Shown here in pieces: positions 1 to 6,129 of a stretch of DNA of 24,000 nt. A model generated the notes under the pieces. It was not told the DNA's origin, did not search any database, and was given only the letters and a program-made list of their open reading frames with translations. Numbering within the stretch: the first letter of the stretch is position 1; each line of letters begins with the position of its first letter. The translations under genes and the position numbers were made by a program. Origin of the DNA: Sulfuracidifex metallicus DSM 6482 = JCM 9184 (GTDB lineage: Archaea; Thermoproteota; Thermoprotei_A; Sulfolobales; Sulfolobaceae); NCBI GenBank assembly GCA_032834875.1, contig CP135238.1:44011-68010 (forward strand). The letters are read 5' to 3'.

Positions 1-2
1 AT

Positions 3-686
3 ATAAATTCTCCAATCCTTGGGAGTTATGAGAACTTTATTATTAATGAACTAATTACTTATTTTCGAGAAAAATACGACGTAGAGAAGGTAGCCCTTTT
101 CGGTAAGTCGTCAGGAGGCTTTGGGGCATATACGCTTGCCGTAAGACATCCAGACATAATCAACGGCTTTGCTAATCATTTTGGTGATAGCTGCTTCGAA
201 TATATGTATATTCAAGACTTTTTGTATACCAACAAACTGTTTAGATCTGAATGTGTAAAGAACTGGCTGAATTCTGTACTTAAAGGAAAACAATTAAGCG
301 AAGATGAAATGAGGGCAGTAAATGTAATTGGAAGTGCCTTCTTTTATTCTCCCAATCTAAGGAGTGAAATTATGTCGGATCTTCCTATAGATTTGGAGAC
401 TGGAGGTATCGAGGTAGAAACTTGGGCTAAATGGTTGTCATTTGATCCAGCAAAGAATGTTGAAAAGCACTTAGAAAGTTTGTCTAAGTTAAAAGGAATT
501 TATTTGGACGTAGGAACAAAGGACGAATATAATCTATTTGTAGGGATAAGAACTCTTCATAAGAAGATGGCTAAGATGAAAATTCAACATAAGTATTGTG
601 AATTTGAGGGAGGACATTTTGGTAACTCGTCTAGATACGAATATTCTCTTCCATACCTAGAGGAGAGACTTAGCGAACAACTATGA
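3..686 (+). CDS. alpha/beta-hydrolase fold esterase (5' end outside window)
   Basis: The frame of the 204..686 ORF stays open back to the window edge. Translation from nt 3 gives ...VALFGKSSGGFGAYTLAV..., with a G-x-S-x-G nucleophile elbow at 102..116. The C-terminal ...CEFEGGHF... fits esterase-D-like hydrolases. Confidence 0.7.
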   Translation: MNSPILGSYENFIINELITYFREKYDVEKVALFGKSSGGFGAYTLAVRHPDIINGFANHFGDSCFEYMYIQDFLYTNKLFRSECVKNWLNSVLKGKQLSEDEMRAVNVIGSAFFYSPNLRSEIMSDLPIDLETGGIEVETWAKWLSFDPAKNVEKHLESLSKLKGIYLDVGTKDEYNLFVGIRTLHKKMAKMKIQHKYCEFEGGHFGNSSRYEYSLPYLEERLSEQL

Positions 687-2018
687 GGAAACCATGGTTG
701 ATACATATCTATCTTGTCTTTTTATCATTTTACTTAATATATTATTTATTAATTCTTCTTCATTTATTTCAGGTTTACTTAGGTTGAGGTAGATCGGTTT
801 TGTTAGATGTCTATATAAGGGAGATTGATATAATCCTAAAGTTATGTTTCTGGATATGCTCCTCGTTGTTTTACTATTTGCGAATGTTCTACATCTTTTA
901 CATCTATATCCTTTATCTTTCCCTGCAGATTCCATTCTCCTTTTACATATAGGACATAAAGGTATCTCATTAATCTGATCGTTTAAATAAAGAACTTCAA
1001 TTCTCTCCGCCTCAAGGATCTTTGAGTTATTAAATGATGGTTTTATTGCTCCGCTTACGTGTATAAGATCTCCTCTTTTAAGTTCTTTAGCTAGAGAATT
1101 TAACTCTCTTGATTCTCTGTATACTATAACAAGCATCTCATTATCGCTTCCCTCTATTAGTACATGCCCTCCCTTCATTATTCTGATAGAATTGATTTTA
1201 ATTTTCATTGAAGTAGTCTGATAATATCTAGTCCCTAAATATTTTAAATGTGAATCCGTCATCTGATTAGTTTTAAATATCATGAAAAAATCTAATTCCT
1301 CTTTTGCATTTATTGTGTTCATTTCTTTTATTAAAATTTCTGGATCTGTTCCTCTTAGTCCGTAAAAGACTGGGTCTCTTCCATGAGATAGGATTAACGG
1401 CTTATTCTTAAAGTAGTCATAATTAGCTACTACTCTAGGGAAGAAGATAGAATCTGCTTCCATTATAGATTTGTTATCTACATCTCTATCTTTATTCCAA
1501 TTTTCTATTTTTCTATAAGTTAATAGTTCGAACGTATAATCTTCGTCGAAACCTAATGCTGCTATACTTCCAATTAATCCTCTACTTCCTCCTATCAAAA
1601 TTTTATTATTTTTAGCAAATTTTTTAGCTAAATCTAGGGGAATTACATCCGAAACTGCTCTTTCATAGAATGACTCTAATTTATCCTTAATGAGATTATA
1701 TTTATCATATTCTAAGATAGCATATCCTGGCTTCCTATTTAGGTTATATCCCATAGAAATTTTTTTAACATATTTTTCTGATGTATCTGACACTAATTGC
1801 TCTAATTCACATAAACTTATATTACAATCTACTATAAACGAGATACTAGCATTTCCCCTAGTTTTCCATGGAATATTTGGATTCAGTCTAACTAGTTTTG
1901 GTAATTCACTTATTTTACAATTTTTAAGAAAAAGTTTTTCTAGTAGTATGGAAGAAAAATGTGTTGTACAGCCGGCCTTAGTAGAGTCGTGATCATCTAC
2001 TCCAACTATAAATTTCAT
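681..2018 (-). CDS. tiaS: tRNA(Ile2) 2-agmatinylcytidine synthetase TiaS
   Basis: N-terminus MKFIVGVDDHDSTKAGCTTH...LVRLNPNIPWKTRGNASISF matches the TiaS kinase-like domain as I recall it from Archaeoglobus TiaS. The C-terminal zinc ribbon CPICKRRMESAGKDKGYRCKRCR is also present. Confidence 0.8.
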   Translation of the reverse strand: MKFIVGVDDHDSTKAGCTTHFSSILLEKLFLKNCKISELPKLVRLNPNIPWKTRGNASISFIVDCNISLCELEQLVSDTSEKYVKKISMGYNLNRKPGYAILEYDKYNLIKDKLESFYERAVSDVIPLDLAKKFAKNNKILIGGSRGLIGSIAALGFDEDYTFELLTYRKIENWNKDRDVDNKSIMEADSIFFPRVVANYDYFKNKPLILSHGRDPVFYGLRGTDPEILIKEMNTINAKEELDFFMIFKTNQMTDSHLKYLGTRYYQTTSMKIKINSIRIMKGGHVLIEGSDNEMLVIVYRESRELNSLAKELKRGDLIHVSGAIKPSFNNSKILEAERIEVLYLNDQINEIPLCPICKRRMESAGKDKGYRCKRCRTFANSKTTRSISRNITLGLYQSPLYRHLTKPIYLNLSKPEINEEELINNILSKMIKRQDRYVSTMVSS

Positions 2019-2024
2019 TTTAAT

Positions 2025-2276
2025 TCATTTCTTAACTAAACTCTTTCCTTCCATAATTACCATTGTTAGAGTAGATCTAACCTTAGGTAACTTTCTTATA
2101 GTATTTGTAACAAAACTCTTTAGCTTATCAGTATCGCTTGTCTGTATTTTAACAACCAGATCATAGACACCGTAAACTATATCAATCTCTACTACTTCGT
2201 CTAGTGTTACTAATTTATCAAAAACTTCTTGTTCTCCACCAGGATCTGTGTTTATGAGGACTATCGCAGAAGGCAA
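2025..2276 (-). CDS. stand-alone Lrp/AsnC-type ligand-binding (RAM) domain protein
   Basis: 83 aa with the pattern ...AIVLINTDPG...VFDKL..L.EVVE.D.VYG.YDLVVKI......L..FV...IRKLP.V..T.T, typical of AsnC_trans_reg/RAM domains. There is no HTH. The stop lies 6 nt upstream of the tiaS start. Confidence 0.6.
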   Translation of the reverse strand: MPSAIVLINTDPGGEQEVFDKLVTLDEVVEIDIVYGVYDLVVKIQTSDTDKLKSFVTNTIRKLPKVRSTLTMVIMEGKSLVKK

Positions 2277-2328
2277 TTTTTCCCAGTAGTTTTATTACAA
2301 CTTTGGTTATATGAACTTTACGGCATTT

Positions 2329-2829
2329 ATGAAAATTTACGTAATAGAGTTCAATCAGGACGACCCCACTAAAAACACTGCAAGAAAAATGATTAGGATG
2401 AAATTAGCAGAACCTACTAAGAGACCTCAAGGAATAGTTCTCAATCCTCTTGCGGAAAGAATAATATCTATAGACGACAAGACCTCATTTGAAAAAGAAG
2501 GTCTTACTGTGCTGGATAGTTCATGGAACAAATCTGACGAAAGCTTTTTTAGAAAATTTCTAAAAAATGGAAGAAGACTTCCTTTTTTAGTTGCAGGAAA
2601 TCCGATAAATTACGCTAAACCGTTTAAACTTTCCTCGATAGAAGCAACGGCAGCTGCATTATATATTTTAGGAAATATCGTAGAGGCTAACAAATTGATG
2701 AGTGTATTTAAATGGGGTAAAACGTTTTTAGATTTAAATAGAGAACTATTAGATTCTTATGTTAATAAAAAAGAAGAAGAAATAAGACAGATAGAAAATA
2801 ATATAATAAATAGCATAAAAGACGGATAA
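2329..2829 (+). CDS. tsr3: 16S rRNA aminocarboxypropyltransferase Tsr3 (DUF367)
   Basis: MKIYVIEFNQDDPTKNTA...LDSSWNK...LPFLVAGNPINYAKPFKLSSIEATAAALYILG matches the Tsr3 family. I prefer the ATG at 2329 over the track start at 2311, by comparison with homologue N-termini. Confidence 0.75.
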   Translation: MKIYVIEFNQDDPTKNTARKMIRMKLAEPTKRPQGIVLNPLAERIISIDDKTSFEKEGLTVLDSSWNKSDESFFRKFLKNGRRLPFLVAGNPINYAKPFKLSSIEATAAALYILGNIVEANKLMSVFKWGKTFLDLNRELLDSYVNKKEEEIRQIENNIINSIKDG

Positions 2830-2832
2830 AAA

Positions 2833-3140
2833 TGGGCCATGGTAATAACCCGACTTCTGTATCTGGGGAATTTGGCTTTGCGTTATTAGAGGGATCGAAC
2901 TCCACTCATATCCCTCCTACTTGCTCCAGAGAGGTCTACCGTTTCAAGCCACTTTAGCTCATCTCGCCTACCTCTAGCATTTACATGCCTGAGGATCGGT
3001 TCATCTTCATCTAGAGCTAAGCGGCTTCGTTTCTGTGTAGTAGCCAAGGGATCTCCCCTTGCCCCATGACGGAGCTCTCTTTGAGTTTGGAGGTCGGAGT
3101 TTCCTCAGCCTTGAGGCCGTAGTCCCCTGCCATGGCCCCC
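2833..3140 (-). ncRNA. rnpB: RNase P RNA (archaeal type A)
   Basis: A roughly 308-nt GC-rich island in AT-rich DNA. On the minus strand, the 5' GGGCCATGG pairs with the 3' CCATGGCCC (P1). GAGGAAACTCCGAC near the 5' end resembles CR-I (GAGGAAAGUCC). ACAGAAGTCGGGTTA near the 3' end resembles CR-V (ACAGAAnnCGGCUUA), and its GTCGG complements the CCGAC of CR-I (P4). Ends are approximate, within about 10 nt. Confidence 0.7.
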
Positions 3141-3147
3141 TTAAAAA

Positions 3148-3324
3148 TTATGGAGTTGGAAGTATTTTTGTTAATGCTATCACTAAACCTATCATTACTA
3201 TGCTTATTATAATCACAGCTTTAGGATTAACTTTAATCTTCTCTATATCCTCATCATAATATCTGATTAACCCTGCCATTGAAGATAGTGGTATATTTTC
3301 CTTCTTTTTCTTTGAGGCTGGCAT
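3148..3324 (-). CDS. secG: preprotein translocase subunit Sec61-beta (archaeal SecG)
   Basis: Not in the ORF track because it is only 58 aa. My own translation is MPASKKKKENIPLSSMAGLIRYYDEDIEKIKVNPKAVIIISIVMIGLVIALTKILPTP. The SMAGLIRYY motif plus a C-terminal TM helix is the Sec61-beta signature. The ATG lies 2 nt after the upstream gene's stop. Confidence 0.8.
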   Translation of the reverse strand: MPASKKKKENIPLSSMAGLIRYYDEDIEKIKVNPKAVIIISIVMIGLVIALTKILPTP

Positions 3325-3326
3325 AT

Positions 3327-4085
3327 TTACTCAATTATTCTTGTCTTCTTTATCTGTCTTATAATTTTTGTTGCGTTCTCTATATTACTCTCTATTATGT
3401 TCCCTGTAACTATTATGTCAGCTCCGGCCTCGGCAATTTTTGTTGCCTTATCTTCAGTTTTTATGCCACCGCCAACAATTAATTTGATATTTGAAATTTT
3501 CTTTATAGCAGATATCATTTCAGGTCTGATTGTTTCTGGAGAACCAGATCCAGCCTCTAGATAAGCAAATTCCATGCCCATGAATTCAGCTGCCATTACG
3601 TAAGCTGCTGCAAGGTCGTAGTTATCAAAAGGAATTAATCTGGCTCTTCCTATGTGACCTGCAGTTCCACCGTAGCCTACTATTAAATATGCAGTAGGCA
3701 ATGTTTCTAGTCTAGTTTTCTTTATAATTGGCGCTCCTAATACCTGAGCCCCTATTACATAATAAATATCATCTGAATTTAACAATGAAATAAAAAGGAT
3801 AGCATCCGCCTTCTCTGACACTACGTTGACATTGCCTGGGAAAAGTATTTTTGGTATAGGAAAATCCTCTAGGATATCTAGACATGTTTCGAGCTCGATT
3901 TTAGATATTCCTAACGTTCCTCCTATTAGAAAGGCATCTGTTCCAGCCTCATATAACTGTTTTGATAACATTGAAAGATCCTTTAAAGATGATAGTTTAT
4001 CTGGATCAATCAAAGAGAAATGTAAAGGTCTGCCTTCCTCCAAAACTTTATTGATGTAATTCCTCACTCTTCCCTTCATCTTCAT
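3327..4085 (-). CDS. geranylgeranylglyceryl phosphate synthase (GGGPS, PcrB family)
   Basis: The TIM-barrel PcrB/GGGPS pattern is present: [32 protein letters not shown]. The start is set at MKMKGRV (4085) by comparison with homologue N-termini. The track start at 4121 would add a KR-rich extension inside elf1. Confidence 0.85.
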   Translation of the reverse strand: MKMKGRVRNYINKVLEEGRPLHFSLIDPDKLSSLKDLSMLSKQLYEAGTDAFLIGGTLGISKIELETCLDILEDFPIPKILFPGNVNVVSEKADAILFISLLNSDDIYYVIGAQVLGAPIIKKTRLETLPTAYLIVGYGGTAGHIGRARLIPFDNYDLAAAYVMAAEFMGMEFAYLEAGSGSPETIRPEMISAIKKISNIKLIVGGGIKTEDKATKIAEAGADIIVTGNIIESNIENATKIIRQIKKTRIIE

Positions 4086-4365
4086 AGTTCTCCTCTTCCT
4101 CCTTTTGGTTATTTTCTTCATCGCTTATTTCAATTTCCCCTTCAAGATACATATCTAGAAACTTGCCATATGCATTAGCATTATCAAATACTGGTGGAAC
4201 TTCTATCTCAGCATGGAGGCCGCAAGCACCGCAGGTTATGTTTGCCATCCCATTCTTAATTTTAATGTTTATACTTACCTTCCCACATCTAGGGCATTCG
4301 AAAGTACTAGGGACTTTAGGTCTTACTCTTATCGGTTTAGTCCTCTTCTTTCTTTTACCTCCCAT
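4048..4365 (-). CDS. elf1: transcription elongation factor Elf1 homologue (zinc ribbon)
   Basis: Basic N-terminus [11 protein letters not shown]... is followed by F.CP.CG...C..CG, the Elf1-type C4 ribbon, and an acidic tail. This family is known in Crenarchaeota. Confidence 0.65.
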   Translation of the reverse strand: MGGKRKKRTKPIRVRPKVPSTFECPRCGKVSINIKIKNGMANITCGACGLHAEIEVPPVFDNANAYGKFLDMYLEGEIEISDEENNQKEEEENYEDEGKSEELHQ

Positions 4366-4517
4366 TATGCTCTACCTTTCACACTTTTCTTTTTCTTATT
4401 TACGGTTTCTCTTCTTTCAGGGGTCATAATATCTACTATAACTACATAGGCAAAAGTAACTATTATCGTAACTATTGCCGCAAAAAATACTGAACCAACT
4501 AAACCTAAGCTAACCAT
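4365..4517 (-). CDS. hypothetical 50-aa single-pass membrane protein
   Basis: Not in the track. It translates to MVSLGLVGSVFFAAIVTIIVTFAYVVIVDIMTPERRETVNKKKKSVKGRA. Its start overlaps the upstream stop as TAATG (4515..4519), and its stop overlaps the elf1 start as TAATG (4363..4367). It exactly fills the gap between two genes. I recognise no family. Confidence 0.4.
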   Translation of the reverse strand: MVSLGLVGSVFFAAIVTIIVTFAYVVIVDIMTPERRETVNKKKKSVKGRA

Positions 4518-4858
4518 TAAGAGTTCCTATGTAGCAACGCTTTCCTTAGCTTTAAAGATTTTCCAGTAGAATAAATCTCTTCTAAAATCTTAAGAAAATC
4601 TTCTTTATTTAGATATAAGGTCAACAACTCATCGCTATCAATGGCATTTTTTAAATATCTTAAATGATAACAGAAATCTGATCTATTTCTATAGACGTTA
4701 TTAAAAAGAAATGATTTACATGAGCATGTATCTTTGCTCATTATGTAATCTGAACCGTTTCTGCTCATATAGATATATAAAGAAGGTAATTCATCATTTA
4801 CCTTTAATTTAACTATATTTTCTGCATAATGCCTTTTATTTTGATGATTTTTCGACAA
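4517..4858 (-). CDS. small SWIM-type zinc-finger protein (hypothetical)
   Basis: CSCKSFLFNNVYRNRSDFCYH fits the SWIM motif C-x-C-x(n)-C-x-H. The 5' end overlaps the rpiA 3' end by 23 nt. Confidence 0.5.
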   Translation of the reverse strand: MSKNHQNKRHYAENIVKLKVNDELPSLYIYMSRNGSDYIMSKDTCSCKSFLFNNVYRNRSDFCYHLRYLKNAIDSDELLTLYLNKEDFLKILEEIYSTGKSLKLRKALLHRNS

Positions 4859-5552
4859 TTTCTATTTCATCCTCCTTTCTGGCTATTACTATTTTATCAA
4901 TTAAATTAGAACAAAATATTCCTGTCTCTAATATTCCTGTAATATTTTTTAGTTTTTTATCAAGTTCACAAAGATCAATTTCATTTTTTATTTCTAAATC
5001 CAGGATCATGTTCCCGTTGTCTGAAAAGACTGAACCTATTTTACCGTCAGACTCTCTGGGTTTGGCTTCAATACCTTTTTCCTTCAACGAATCTATAACG
5101 TATTTATGAGCTACGGGTAATACTTCTATAGGTATTTTTATCGAAGAATTTCTATTTATTATTTTAGTATATTCTCCGATATATACTCTATGCTTAGAAT
5201 ATGAGGCAAGAATTTTTTCTCTAAATAAGGCAGCCCCTCCGCCCTTTATCATTACTGAATTATTTATATCTTTTTGTAATAAAAGTGAATCGAAACTATC
5301 TACATAGATATCAGGCCTAACACCGATATATAACGATAGTACATTGAATCCATAATTACTTAGCCTTATCTCAGAATCTATTGAAGAAGTAATAAATTTC
5401 TTGTTTATAAATAACTCTTTATTTATATTAATTTTTTCTATTAACGTTCTGGCTGTTCTCCCAGTTCCTATTCCTATTAGATTTTCATTAGCTAACAACG
5501 GTAGCGTTTCTGAAGCTAAGAGTTCTTTTAAATCCGACATGGCAAACCTCAT
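4836..5552 (-). CDS. rpiA: ribose-5-phosphate isomerase A
   Basis: The motifs IGIGTGRTA and KGGGAALFREKILA, plus the overall length, match RpiA. The start could instead be the second Met (5540). Confidence 0.85.
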   Translation of the reverse strand: MRFAMSDLKELLASETLPLLANENLIGIGTGRTARTLIEKININKELFINKKFITSSIDSEIRLSNYGFNVLSLYIGVRPDIYVDSFDSLLLQKDINNSVMIKGGGAALFREKILASYSKHRVYIGEYTKIINRNSSIKIPIEVLPVAHKYVIDSLKEKGIEAKPRESDGKIGSVFSDNGNMILDLEIKNEIDLCELDKKLKNITGILETGIFCSNLIDKIVIARKEDEIEIVEKSSK

Positions 5553-5589
5553 TAATTATAGAAGTACGTTTATTATAATATGTTTCACT

Positions 5590-5664
5590 GGATCCGTAGC
5601 TCAGCTAGGACAGAGTGAGGGCCTCCGGAGCCCTTGGTCCCGGGTTCAAATCCCGGCGGATCCG
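5590..5664 (+). tRNA. tRNA-Arg (anticodon CCG)
   Basis: Hand-folded cloverleaf. Acceptor stem GGATCCG/CGGATCC, D stem GCTC/GAGT, anticodon stem AGGGC/GCCCT with loop CTCCGGA (anticodon CCG). Variable loop TGGTC, T arm CCGGG-TTCAAAT-CCCGG, discriminator G. 75 nt, no intron, no encoded CCA. Confidence 0.9.
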
Positions 5665-5972
5665 TATAATTAAAAGCTATTATCAAATTTATTTAGAAAT
5701 TTATAGTAAAGCCCAATGTTTTGTTATGGGAGCATTTAAGGGATTCCTCTGCAACGTTTTACTAAGTAAATTAGCTTTACTTATTATAAGTTTAATCTCA
5801 AAAATAATTTCTAAAAAAATTTTTATTTTCCCACTTTAATAGAATAGAAACATTTCGATAAAGCAATGTGTTGATTGAAAATAATATATTAACTTTACGA
5901 GAGTAAAGAAAGGCATGAAAACAGAAAAAAATAAAGTAGTTTCGCTAGTTGAGATTCAATTGTGGTCATCTA

Positions 5973-6080
5973 ATGTTTGAAGAAGACTGGGATGAAGACT
6001 GGGAAGAGGACGAGGAATGGGAAGAAGAAGATTTGGAGGAAGAAGATCTAGAAGATGACTGGGAAGAAGATGAATTTTAA
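5973..6080 (+). CDS. candidate 35-aa hyper-acidic micro-ORF (MFEEDWDEDWEEDEEWEEEDLEEEDLEDDWEEDEF)
   Basis: An ATG..TAA frame exactly spans a purine-rich tract with 12-nt periodicity, and the alternative sense frame closes at TAG 6049..6051. There is no homology evidence, so it may be non-coding. Confidence 0.3.
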   Translation: MFEEDWDEDWEEDEEWEEEDLEEEDLEDDWEEDEF

Positions 6081-6129
6081 GTAAAATTATTTACTTTTTA
6101 TTTTTTAATTGAAAGTTTTTGGTGAGATT

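Noticed and set aside
1690-1992. 100-aa plus-strand ORF inside tiaS.
   Set aside because: It is antisense to a confidently identified gene and has no motifs.
2833-3140. The GC-rich structured RNA could be SRP (7S) RNA, which has a similar size and paired ends.
   Set aside because: It contains RNase P-like CR-I (GAGGAAACTCCGAC) and CR-V (ACAGAAGTCGGGTTA) elements whose cores can pair as P4. I could not find the SRP helix-8 motifs. A covariance-model scan would settle it.
3059-3259. 66-aa plus-strand ORF.
   Set aside because: It overlaps the RNase P RNA on one side and is antisense to the well-supported sec61-beta on the other. It has no recognisable motifs.
5615-5839. 74-aa ORF from the track.
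   Set aside because: Its 5' third is the tRNA-Arg gene itself. Only the distal 37 codons (5726..5839) are even conceivable, and those are reported separately at low confidence.
5915-5980. 21-codon ORF (MKTEKNKVVSLVEIQLWSSNV) overlapping the start of the acidic ORF.
   Set aside because: It is very short, has no motif and no clear promoter or SD, and is indistinguishable from chance in AT-rich spacer.
5992-6051. Alternative-frame basic peptide (MKTGKRTRNGKKKIWRKKI) within the purine tract.
   Set aside because: It is an automatic consequence of GAA/GAG-rich DNA read in the +1 frame. It is shorter than the acidic frame and stops inside the tract.
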